Below are positions 36,061 through 47,991 of a stretch of 64,000 bases of DNA, piece by piece. The first letter of the stretch is position 1, and each line of letters starts with the position of its first letter. The notes beneath the pieces were generated by a model that saw only the letters and a list, made by a program, of their open reading frames with translations, ran no database searches and was not told where the DNA came from. The DNA lies in the NCBI RefSeq assembly GCF_030144855.1, contig NC_082709.1:148862001-148926000 (forward strand), read 5' to 3'. The DNA comes from Hypanus sabinus (Eukaryota). The translations under genes and the position numbers were made by a program.

Positions 36061-36189
36061 ATTGTAATTCTTCCCAATTGATTGATGTGCAGTGAGTGAG
36101 GCAGTTTAAAATTAGTGTTTACATTATACACTTTGCACACAGCATCCATTTTATAACATTGCAAACACAGTACTGTTAGGGTTACAGCA

Positions 36190-37830
36190 GAGGGTAAGAA
36201 ATAGGAGGAGGTGTAGGTCACTCAATTCCTTGAGCCTGCTCTTTCATGTGATTATCAGTTTGACTAGTCCTGGCCTCAATGTCACTTCCCAGACTTTAGA
36301 ATCACATATGCCCTTTGACACTCTTGTAGTTCAAATGTCTATCTGTCTTTGTTTTGAATCTATTCAATGAAAGTTGTTCCACAACTGTATAGGACAGAGA
36401 ATTCTCTAGGGGCATAAACTAGCATGTCAGCACTCTCTGACAGAAGAAATTCTTTTGTGTTATATAGCACTTCACTCTGAAAATATGCCCCTAGTTGTAG
36501 ATGCCTCCATCAGGAGTAAACATGCTATTGACATGCGCCTTGTCAAACCTCAGAATTTTATGTCTGAATAAGGTCACCTCTCGTTCTTCTAAATTCCAAT
36601 AAGTAGGACCAACCCTGCTCACTACTACTTCATTCCAAAAATCTAGTTGACAAATGTTATCCACTTCCAATCTTAAATTTGGAGATCAAAACTATTTACA
36701 GTTTTCCAAGTGTGAACTCAATATTAGTCCTGGAAAGTCACTTCAAAATTGACCTACCTTTAAACTTCTTTTTTAACTTGCAGTTAAGCTCAACATTTCA
36801 CTCACCTTTTGAATTACTTACTGCATCTGCATTTAAACCCTTTGCTGATTCATGTACTAGGGTTCACAGACCCCTTCGTTCCACAGCAATTTTTAGGCTC
36901 ACTTAAATTAACAATTTTGCTATTCTGGATAGCCTCTCATTTTCACACATTACACTTCTTGCCCACTGACAATCTGCATTCTTTTTGCATCTTCATTTTA
37001 AACTCTCACAACTTGCTGACCCACTTACCTATATGTAATGAGAAAAATTGCCTACAGCACAACATGTGCAATCTGTGTGCCAGTCTGAAGAATTTCAGCG
37101 TCTCCAATATCTCTGAACATGACCCACTTATCCTGACTAATAAAGGTCATCAAGCCCTACAGCCGAGATATAGGCCCTTTGACCCATTGAGTCCATGCTC
37201 ATCCAGCTTGTCCCAAATTCCTGTCATTGGCCCATATCACTCTAAATCCCACCTCTCCATGTCGTCTTAAATGATACAGTTGTATCTGCCTGAGCCGCTT
37301 TCTCTGGCACCTTGTTCCATATAGTCTCCACCCCTTGAAAATAAAAATCAGGTCCCTTAAGCCTCTTCTAAATCTTTTCCAATTCACCCTAAATCTTGTG
37401 CCCCCTAGCTTTGGACTCCACTACCCTAGGGAAAAGACTGATGCTATCCAATTTGTCTATGCCTCATAATTTCAGCTACTTCTGTAATGAACACCCCCTC
37501 TTTGTCCTACGTAACAAGGAATAAAGCCTGGCCAACCTTAAGCCCTCTAGTGCTGGCAACGTCCTTGTAAATCTCTCCAGTTTAGCCACATTTTTCTTAC
37601 ACAGTGAGCTGAACTGCACACAATATTCCAAGTGTAGCCTCACCATTGATTTATTCAACTGCAACATAACATTACTGCCCTATCTAATGAAGGCCAGCAT
37701 GCTAAATTGCCCTTTTCACCACCCTGTCTACCTGCAACATTGCTTTCAGTGAACTATGCACTTGAACTCCTAGAACCCTCTGTACCTTTCTAATGCCCCA
37801 CCATTCATTGTGTAAGCCCTACACTGCTAT
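36190..37830 (-). mobile_element. Stacked decayed CR1 fragments
   Basis: Minus ORF KSMVRLHLEYCVQF..KKNVAKLERFTR.LP.LEGL; CR1 tails near 36190 and 37150. Confidence 0.7.
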
Positions 37831-40189
37831 GGCATTATGCTTGAGCTGTCTTTGTAATTTCAATTAAAATATGCTGTCCATGACAGAAGCTGCATCAATG
37901 CTATAGATTAGCTCAATCCTTTTAGTTGGATAATATTCATAAATATAGTTTTCCAAGAACTAAGGCTACAAGATTGACCAGCAAGCCTAGAATACATTTT
38001 ATACGGACAGCAGATCAGTAGAAAAAATCCTTACGTTTTAGCCCTTATCTTGATGCAACTCTCTTGATTTATATCTTGCTATGTCAAGCTAAACAAAAAG
38101 CAAGACTTCTAAAAGACAGACACAAATAAACTTAGGAAGTTTTATACACTCACCTAGATTGATTATGTGATTGAAATTAGCTTAATCCAGTTTAAGATGT
38201 CTTCACAATTAAGGCAGATCAAGTTGTCTCAATTTCCCCAAGTTCTTAGTGTTGTCAGTCACCTTTAGAACTTTGAGATTTCTATGCAAGGCTTATATGG
38301 GGTGACCATGCATTGGAGGATAACTTGATAGCTTTACCTTGTGGGTACTCTCAGAACAACAATCCCTGAATCCTGACCACACTGCACAAGAACTCCTCAG
38401 GAGCCCCCACCAAATTCAAAGGTATTGGTGGCTTTCCCATTGCCTTAAATCTCAAACCACCTTATTGTCACCTGCTGAGCTCTGCAGTACCCACCATCCC
38501 AACCTCCCAGTCAAGTACCACCCACATTCTAGACTCTGTGCCCAAGCTGGAGCCCAGCTATAAGAGAACAGAAAAAGGCATATTTTCAGATTTTCAACAT
38601 ATGACTCTTAACATTCAGTTGTTAAACAAATGTTGCATTACATGCCCTTAGAGCACACTTGAATTATTTGGCATCTAAACCATTACTAATAAACAAGTGA
38701 TTAAACTTTTTTCACAATATTGCACTGCCCCATTATATACTATACTTCACCAGCCTAAATATAATATTTCATATCCTCCGTGAGCATTCATGGAAATGGA
38801 GTTTGAGTGTGGGAAAAAGAACATGGAGCTGACGTTGAAGAATGGCCTGAACTTCCTTCAATAATAAACATGGATCAGCTACTTGGGTCACTTTGCAAGG
38901 TGTAGAAGATATTAAATCAAAAAAATAAGCAAACAAACCTAATGATGTTGTTTTGACTTGCTGAGGCAGTCTCTTAAACACTTACTAACTCTAGTGGTGT
39001 TATTGATTTGATCGGAATGTGACTTCTATTTTAAATGATTAGATGGAAATATCACTCAAGACTTTTCTTCTCTGCCTTATTTAGTCAGTTATATTAAGTC
39101 ATGACAGCATCATCATTCACCAGGTGTAAGAATACTGAAAATATGCACCACTTTAGAGATGGTGACTAAAATTATTAATAATAAATACATTTTTTCATTT
39201 AAGTCTAGGAGCTTGCCCTTGAGAATTCTGATGCATTATAAAAGTCCCAGCAGATATAATATTTGATTAATGAGAATTGTTATAACACAAATAAAGGAGC
39301 TAAACCACAAAACTGATTTGAGCAATTAACAATTCTTTGGTAATAGGTTTATCCATTGGTATTTAACTCAGAAATTATTTGAGTTTTTTTTAATTACCAA
39401 GTTGACAGAAGCTGCCTGTCCATTCCATTTAAACATTAGCAGTTAATAATTCTTTGGATTTAAGTTTGAGAATTTGAAGAGAGGAACTTTAATGCATAGG
39501 TAGATGGAGGTGCTGCTTTTTTGCCTTAAGTTTTTCTGGCGGACTCTGCAAGCTTAAGGCGTTAAATGCTCAACATTTTGTTGCACAGTATAAGCTGGGT
39601 CAGCAAGTTAAGCCATAGATAAAAATGAGATAGAAACAAGTTATGAGTTTAGAATGTAACGTTTGAAATTCCTTCTTAGCTAAGCATTCATGCAATAGAT
39701 TAATTCATTTTATTTGGGAAAACTCCTAATTTATAATGAGTAAAATATCTAAACAGTTTGCCAGGTGTCTCAAAACCTGTACTGACTCTGACTTTGCACT
39801 AATGTGACTTAATGCAAAGGAAAACCCATTCAAGGTAATGACAGTCCAATTCAATCCAACAGGTACCATAGATTTACCCAATGTAAAGAAAAACGTTACA
39901 TGATGCTAAAAGTGCAGGAAAAAAATTGTAGCCATGGCACATAATATACTCAGAGCTCTTCAGCAACTCAATTTAATATATTTTAGTCTGTGGTTTCAGA
40001 TTGCAAAGGATAGCAAACCGCTTGAATATGAGGTACCATCACAGGTGAGCCAACCCCTGCTTTTATCACAAGGTCACATCAACTGTATAAACTAAAATGA
40101 GCTGAAAAATTGTAATTGTCGAGTGCAGCAATTAGAGTTCATAGCAACAGCCTGTTACAGTTGCTGCCCCACCTTCACCTCAAGAATGA

Positions 40190-40460
40190 AAGGCTTAACG
40201 AAGGAGGAGCATTTGATGTCTCTGCGCCTGTACTCGATGGCATTCAGAGGCACAAGGGGGATCTCACTCTAACCTATCAGATATGAAAGGCCTGATAGGG
40301 TGAGCATGAAGAGGATGTTGCCATTAGTGGAGTCGGTGATCTGAGGTCACAGCCTCAGAATAAAGGGATATGCCTTTTGAGCTGAGGTGAGGAATTTCAT
40401 CAGCAGGTGGGTGGTGAATCTGTGAATTTGTTGCTACAGAGGATTGTGGGAGCCATGTCG
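40190..40460 (+). mobile_element. CR1 3' fragment
   Basis: gaggagcatttgatgtctctgcgcctgtactc...gaggtcacagcctcagaataaaggg. Confidence 0.7.
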
Positions 40461-41379
40461 CTAGGTGTACTTTGTTGTAATATGAAAAAAGTCACTGGAG
40501 AGTCACTGAAGCTAATAGATAATGAAGTGTTTTATTCAACAAAAAAAAAGTGCAAGCATCATATTGAGACCATTTCAGAGGAAGAGGCCTCCCGACCCAA
40601 TATTACATGACATTTTTATATGCTAAAGATCAAAAGTAACAGCGGGACAATTCTATAATTTCAATATATCTACAATGCTTCCTTTGAATTATACATAATT
40701 TTCACACACCACCTTCTTCGTACCCACACTCCAGACACCCAAAATGAATGTTAATCAGCATTGTCTGGTTTGCGAACTACTCCAGTCCACAGCTCCAGGA
40801 AAACTATTGTCCAGGGCTGCATTTTAAATTCAATCTACAATCCATGTTCAGGTCTGAAGATTGGTTGCTGATGAAATTAATGTCTGCTGTATACCCTAAC
40901 TCCAGAATACACCCTGACAAGTTAAAGTTGAGATTGATAGATTATTGATTCATAAGGTGGTTAAAGGTTGTAGAGAGAATGGAGCTGCAAAAATAAAAAT
41001 CAGCCTTGAATTAATAGAGGAGCAGACAAAATAGGGAAAATTATCCAACTCTGCTCCTGTATCTTAACATTCATCCTGTTGGTTTGATCTGGGTAAGGAT
41101 GGTTGAAAGCAAGGGGGTTGTTCCATCCCTGTCTGAGGGAAATAGTGTCAATGTTAGATTAAATTGAGTGAACCTTTCCCTCAGCTGGAAATCCAACCCA
41201 GAAGTCAAAGGACTTACAGCAGTGTGGTTCTAATTCCTTCACCTTAGGAGATGACTTTCAGAGGACAGCTTAAGACCGATACATTTATTTTATAGATAGA
41301 AGGGAAACAGGCTTGTACGGTTTTTCATACATTAAACATTAAAATGTGCTGTCTCTTTGTTTTTGATTTTCCCAAACAG

Positions 41380-41802
41380 AATTTAAAATGCAATTGGATA
41401 AAACGGAATTGAATATCAGTGTATCAGAAAAGGACCTGTTCCAGCTCAGCTGCAATATAACCCAACAAACACAGGAGAATTCCCAGTTTGCTGTATCCTG
41501 GTTTGCTTGGAAAGTCAAAAAGGATACTGATGGAATTATTAAGGAAACTATTTTAAAAGTTGATCATAATACAGTGTTTGGATTTGATTCCTTAATCGAT
41601 GGGGCGAAAGGAATAAAGGACCGATTGCAGTTCGAGAGGCCTTCCAATGGATTGTACACCTTAACAATACAGAATGCTGGCAAAGGTGACACCGGAAATT
41701 ACTATTGCAGCGTAGAGGAGTGGATTCAAAATGCCAACCACATCTGGTACAAACTAGGAGAGGAAGAGTCCGGGCTGGTCACTGTCACTGTACAAAGCAA
41801 AG
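41380..41802 (+). CDS. IGSF3: IGSF3 exon, Ig V-type domain 8
   Basis: Acceptor caaacag|AA, donor AAAG|gtaatt. Reads ISVSEKDLFQLSC...FAVSWF...RLQFERP...DTGNYYCSVEEWIQ...WYKLGEEESG. Confidence 0.95.
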
Positions 41803-41829
41803 GTAATTTACCAAAGCAACACAGAATGA

Positions 41830-42700
41830 TTACAACATAGTAAGTGACTATCTGGCCCATTGCGTCTAGAGGAACTCACTTGTTCCATACTTAAGCCTTT
41901 TCTCATTTTTCCCCTCACCATACACAATTCTGTCTTGAAAACCATGATGGAAGCTACCTCTATCATGTCTGCAGGCACTCCATTCCAGATTCTAGCTGTA
42001 TATGAGTAGTTCTCCAGGTTTCTCTCTCTCTTTCACACAAGTAATTTCTATTCCTTAAACCATTCTGCAATGTGAACAGGCTCACACTATCTGCTCTTGT
42101 CCAGATCCATCATTATTTTCCATATTTCTATCAAATTCCCTCAAGCAACTTCTTAAAACAATTGCAGCTATTTTAATCCATTTATCTAACTATAGTGCTT
42201 CCTAGAGGGGAACCTCTAGGATCCTAGGACCCTGGGCCCTCTCTAATGCCTCACATCCAGAATTGATAGCTGTGTTTCAACTGAATCTGGACAACCATTC
42301 TATAAAGTCTATAAAGTTGATAAAGCCTAGAATTGAGAATATCTCATCAACTGTTTCTTCAACCTATCTTGCCACTTTTGATGATTTGAGTGCACCTACT
42401 TACACATACTTCTATGCCCATGTTCATTTTAGAACAGTACCCCTTTTTCTACAAAAATGACTTCTAATTAAAATTACTCACTTCACATTTCATCTGCCTC
42501 TTTCAGCAGACAGTCTATATCCCGCAATCCATTACAACCCCCCTTGCAGTTCACTACATAGCTAAATTTTGTATTGTCTGCAAACTTGGAAGTTCTGGTT
42601 TACACCTAGTCCATTAATATAGGCTTTCTTTTAAAAAATTGCAGTGGTCTCAGGATTGACCATGGTTCCACTATACATCATCTTCTGGTTTGATTTTAAA
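41830..42700 (-). mobile_element. Old CR1 fragments directly after the domain-8 exon
   Basis: CR1-like tail (gactatctggcccattg) and degenerate RT-end text. Confidence 0.5.
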
Positions 42701-44308
42701 AAAACAATTCACTTTATCTTTGGTTGTATCAATAAGGTTAAGTGAAAAAAAGTTCTTAGTGTTCAATAATCAGGGCACTTGTGCCTGGTGGTTAGTGGAC
42801 AATATATATTGTGATACAATCCTTAAAGAGTTAAGGGGTACATGAAATTTCTTAGACATTTAAAAGGTCATTGAACACCTGTCTCTTCCATGTGTGACTA
42901 ATATACTTGCTGATTTTGCAATGTTCTCTGGGAAAGAGCCAACAACACTCCCTGAGAGCTGAAGTCCTTGGAATGAGGTTCAAAACTTCAATGATGAGGC
43001 TTGACAATAGGAGAGTTAGTACAGACCCACGTTACCATAGAATAGAATCCCAGAAAACTAGGCTCCAAAAATAAACTAATTTGTACTTGTTTTAAATTTG
43101 TCTCTTTGGATACAAACTTGTTTCCTCCTGGTGCAAAACAATTGCTTAAACCCAGGGTTTTTTTTACTAAACTGTTTACTACCTTATGAGGCAAAATTCA
43201 TTCCAATCAAATGGTTACTTTTTTGTTAAAAATAAATGTAATTTGTATTAAATTCATCTTGGATATATATATCAATAAGTGACTTTGGACAGGTCTTGTA
43301 ACTTGAGCACACTTTTATTTGCTGCCTAAACTCCACAGTAGCCCATGGATTTGTTCAGAAAGGTGATAACTGCTATTATTCTGCCAATAGATCCATGGCT
43401 AGATAAAGGGTGTGTGAAAGTAAGAGAGAAGAGCCCTAGAGGACAAAGTGCTCTGAGATGGAGTTTAGGCTGAATTATTGTGTGATGTTTTGTGTTTCAT
43501 AACTGGAAGAGACTACTGTTGTGTTAAATGTATATTTTAAAAGTAAAATACTTCAGGTACTCTAAATTTGAAATAAAACAAAATATTGGAAATGCTGAAC
43601 TGGTGAGGCCACATCTGTGTAAAGGCGTGTAATGTTGCATATCCACAACATCAACCCTCTTATTTTCTCTCAGATGTTGTGTAATCTCCAGCAATGTCTG
43701 GTTTTATTCCTTTATTATCTTCCTCATTATTATTGTGTGATCGGTGAAAGATTCCGTGAAGATAGTTGGACAAAAAAAAGTGGTATTGAACAATGAGGGA
43801 GTCAATATCTGGGGAGCCAGCATAGGGACAGCTGCTTTAAACTCAATTTCTCTGCTGTTGAAACCCACTTGTTGTCTGTCCCCTAACCAGCTCTCTTTCT
43901 CCCCTTGGCCAATGTCAATTCCTGTAAATCTGCAAAGTTTGCTGCATAACCACTGCCGCCAGTGCTTTAAATTCCCAGTATTGTGCTTAAAGCTCACCTT
44001 TGTCGTATCCCTCGCTACCCCTGTGTTGCATTGCCACCCCAAACTATACCTCTGACCATTACAACTCCAGCCCAATTTAAGTCCATCAATTCCTTGAGCT
44101 TCTTGTTCAGTGAGAAGTGTCAATTGGATAAGCTATCTCGACTTTCTCCTGAGGTCCCAATTAATAAAGAGGCCAGTGCTCAGAAAAGAAGTGTCTGTGA
44201 GCACTGGATACAGTAAATGCTATGGGGACAGACATCAGTGCTGCAATAACCTCCTTTCCAAAACTATCTGCATCCCTTTTCGAGCAGTCCCAGCAGAGTT
44301 ACACCACT

Positions 44309-44487
44309 GGCATCCTTTGAACAGCATGAATATTTTCCAGGTATGTCCTGTATAACCAAAAGAGCAGGACAAAGGACCTGGTGAACCTGAGGCCTCAGCA
44401 AGTTCAGCCACAGGCATCTATTGAACAGCATGGAAATTGTCCAGATACGTCCTGTGCAACCAAAACAGCAGAATAAAGGACCTGGTG
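44309..44487 (+). repeat. Two diverged 75-bp direct repeats (period 104)
   Basis: ggcatc..tgaacagcatg...aaaggacctggtg at 44309-44383 and 44413-44487. Confidence 0.75.
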
Positions 44488-44599
44488 GAGATGAATCCAT
44501 GGCCAGATCAGCCATGATCTTATTGAATAGTGCAGCAGGCTCAATGGGCCAGATGACCTACACCTGCTTCTATGTCTTTATGTTCTTATGCAATCCAGG

Positions 44600-45800
44600 T
44601 AATTATTACTAAATCAACCTATACCGTGCCATCACAAAATGATAGAAGGTGTCTCTGAAGGTGCTATCAAATGGCGTTTGCTCATTAAAAACTTGCTCCA
44701 CTTGGGGTTTTCCTGGACAACTCCATTCCAGACCTCCACACTGCTGGTTCAAGCATGGACCAAAGAGCTGAAATCCAGAGGCAAAGCAAGAGTGATTGTC
44801 CTTGATATCAAGACAGCACTTGACCAAATGTGCCATTGAGGAGCTTGGATAAAACTGAAGGGCATCGTGGATAAAATACTCCAGTGGTTGAGGTCATAAT
44901 TTGTTCAAAGAAAAGCACTTGGGGTTTTTTAAATGTCAATATATCTCTGCCTCAGCATGTGTTTCTCAGAGCAGTATTCCAGAATCAATCATCTTGAGCT
45001 GTTTTATAAATGATATTCCTTCCATTTTACTAAAAATAGATTTAATCAGAGGTCCTTTTGATTTGATTTTGTCCTTGAGAAGATGGTGGTGAGCTGCTTC
45101 TTGAGCCACTACAGTCTGAGGAGTGAGTGTACTAATAATGTTGTTCGGGAGGGAGAGTTCCAACATTTTGACCCAGTGACAGTGAAGGAATGGTGATACT
45201 TTTCCAAGTCAAGATGGTGGGTGGCTGGGAGAGCACCCAGTTACTCTGTCACCAATACAAGTTTAGAAGTGGAAATGTCTGCTGATGATTGCACACTGTC
45301 CAATTCAATTCACAATTCCTCGGCAAACGAAACCACTCAAGCTAAAAAAAAATTAAACAACATTCAGTGTGGACTAATGAGAGGGAGAGAGTAAGAGACT
45401 GTTTGACAGCATTACCATTTTTGTGTTATCGTCCCACCAACATCCTAGGGGTTGCATGGATCAAAAACTTAACTCGAAGTATTATAAGCACTTTAGTGAC
45501 TATAACAGCAGAGTGGAGACTGAATATGTTGCATTGAGTGACAGGTTTCCCGGTACTCCAAAGCCTTTCTACTTTGCACAAGGCACACGTCAATAGTGTG
45601 ATGGGATACACTCCACTGGCCTGGCTGGTCCAGCAACTCTCTAGGTGCTAACAACAGGATAAACAACCCCATCAACTCCTTACAAAAGGCATCGCAGTAA
45701 CTTTCGCAGGCTACTACAATAGCCCCATCCACATTCTCTACCTGAAAAGGAACAAGGACTTCAGGGGAATGAAAACACCATCACCTGCAGCTTCCCTCAA
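44600..45800 (+). mobile_element. Decayed L2/CR1-like LINE RT region with a nested minus-strand tail (about 45060-45230)
   Basis: ARVIVLDIKTALDQMCH (ALDIKAAFDRVWH-like), P.SI.L.CFINDIP, then ADDCTL. Confidence 0.6.
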
Positions 45801-46257
45801 AGTCGGGTGTCATTTTTTACATAGAAACATATCACTGGGGCTTCATCATCACTGGATTAAATCTTGGAATTTCCTATGACACAATGTAATGAATAACTTC
45901 ACTGGTCTCACAATCACCGTTCCAAGGGCTTTACAAAAATGGGCAGAAAATGCCGACTCTGCCGGAAGCGTACAGGTTCTGAAAAGTGAATATTTTTTTA
46001 AGTCCCTCTAAATCTCATTTTATTTTCTTGAAGTGGTATCCTTCAGATTCATCTCATCGTGGCATGGAGTCATAAGGAAAGAAAACCAGCAATTCAGCCA
46101 TCTGCATCCATAAGCCATCAAGCACCTCTCCATACAAATCCCAGGTTTCCATTGCCATTCCAACCAACTCCCATCACTACAAACCTCCCACTACTTTCTA
46201 CGGGCAATATGGTGCTGCCAATTAACCTACCAGCCAGACTGTCAGAGCATAATACTA

Positions 46258-46385
46258 TTACAGCACCAGTGAGCCGGGTTCAATTCCACTGCTTTCTGCA
46301 TGGATTTCCTCCGTGTGCTGCAGTTTCCTCCCACATTCCAAAACTGTGCGGGTTAGAAATTTGTTAGGGCAGAATGGCCTCTTAC
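46258..46385 (+). mobile_element. V-SINE/HE1-like SINE, internally deleted
   Basis: B box ggttcaattcc, then gatttcctccgtgtgctgcagtttcctcccacattccaaaa. Confidence 0.65.
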
Positions 46386-47740
46386 CTTTTCGAATCTCTA
46401 AATAAAAACAAAATAAGTAACACGCGCCATTCACAGGGAGAAACAAACATTTTTAATGCAGACAGCAATCAAGGTCAGGATCGAAACAGTCTCTGATCTG
46501 TGAGGATTTGTCACACATTTTCAAAATTCCTGCTCTCTGCTCAGTATTAATCTTTACATCATTGTACTTATGTTAAATGCCTCGGGGTGATTTTCTGTGT
46601 TTCAGTTGCTACGTAAATGCAAGTTGATAGAGAGTGACAAACGTGCATTTGTAGCTACAGAAGCAGCTGGCTTCTCTATAGCCCTGTTAATGTTTGGGGG
46701 GGGGGGAAATGCCCTAAGGCAGTCCATAGAGATGTGTCATCTTAAAGGCTGTGCTAGAGTTTCACATTTCTTTTCATAGTCAAAAAATGAAATCCCTCTT
46801 TGTAGAGAAAAAAACCAGTAGCGTGGGATTCAATAACAGCTACTTATGATACCTTCTGAGCTGTTGTGTTCTAAAACACAGTGGCATCTATTAGTATATG
46901 ATCCTTTAACCAGCCAGGAAGAAATAATATAAAAGTATGCATTATACTGGCCCCGCATGAAAATTATTTATTAATCAGAGTTGCCCACCTTTAGGTTTAT
47001 TTCGGGACATGAGCCTTGTTATCAGTTCTGATATATTAAAAAATTACTTATATTTAGATACGTGGAAAGCAAAGCAACCAGACTATAGATCTGAAACAAT
47101 AAAAGGAGGTTCTGGGCACAAATAGGATGCCTCATTAGTAATGTAAGAGAGAAGAGAATGCCATTTATCCATTTATGTGAGTTTAAATCTTCTTCAAAAT
47201 TAGAAGGGATGTACTCATTTGACATAGCTTCTTGTGAACCATTGGGGAATTTAAGCTAAAAAAAGATGTGGTTTCTATCAATGGCTAAAACCTTCAGATA
47301 ATTTAATCCTTTGTAAATACCAGCTGCCTATGAAATAAATCTATTTCTGGAGGAAGCCCAAATTAAAAAGAAGAAAATAATAATGTTACAAGGCAGTTGC
47401 GGTTTGTATTTGCAAATTGTGTGTGTTCCAGGAGGACAAGAACAAATGTTATTCAGGAGCTATTCACTGATTTCAGAATAACATCTGCTGCCTTGATTTT
47501 TCTCTGTTAGAACAAATGGAGTAATAACAATGGGTTCATTTTCTGAATTGCTCAAATGTCTTGGATGAGCCACCAGCATGCTGTACCCAAAGTATTTACT
47601 AAGTTAGAACAATGGACTGTTTTAGGCACAGATCTACAACTGAGTGACGTAGTTTGAAGAGAAAGAAATATGAACCAGCGTAATAGGAATGACAAAAACA
47701 ATAGGAAGTTTCTGATCTTTTCATTATTTCTTTTCTGCAG

Positions 47741-47991
47741 GTTCTTCTCTTCAGCAAGCAATTTGTTCAAATGATGCCCTGTTTTACTTCATATTTTTCT
47801 ATCCCTTTCCAATTTTTGGGGTCCTTCTTATTGCTATTTTACTAACACGCTACAAGACTCTAAACTCACAGAAAAAGTCTGATGCCAAAAATGGTGTTCC
47901 ATTACTCTGGATTAAAGAGCCAGCGGTGACTTATTCCCCAACAAGTCTTGAACCACCGGATTTCAGAATAGGACCAGGAAGCATCGCTTAA
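47741..47991 (+). CDS. IGSF3: IGSF3 terminal exon: juxtamembrane, transmembrane helix and cytoplasmic tail (missing from the ORF track)
   Basis: Acceptor ttttctgcag|GT. Manual translation: SSLQQAICSNDALFYFIFFYPFPIFGVLLIAILLTRYKTLNSQKKSDAKNGVPLLWIKEPAVTYSPTSLEPPDFRIGPGSIA*, with TAA at 47989-47991. Confidence 0.95.

Larger units (their letters stand above)
6610..47991 (+). other. IGSF3: IGSF3 (EWI-3) orthologue, 3' portion of gene (Ig domains 3-8, TM, tail); signal peptide and domains 1-2 lie upstream of the window
   Basis: Seven GT-AG exons splice in one frame. The six Ig exons are 390/402/402/408/411/423 nt, all multiples of 3 and phase 1-1. Domain order and the C-terminus (ICSNDALFYFIFFYPFPIFG...KNGVPLLWIKEP...YSPT.LEPP) match human IGSF3 as I recall it. 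Confidence 0.95.

Noticed and set aside
36679-37270. Hydrophobic plus-strand ORFs (75 and 153 aa)
   Set aside because: Antisense to CR1 fragments, with no splice context or domain.
44309-44487. Direct repeats as a CRISPR array
   Set aside because: Only two diverged 75-bp units in a eukaryotic intron, with no cas genes.
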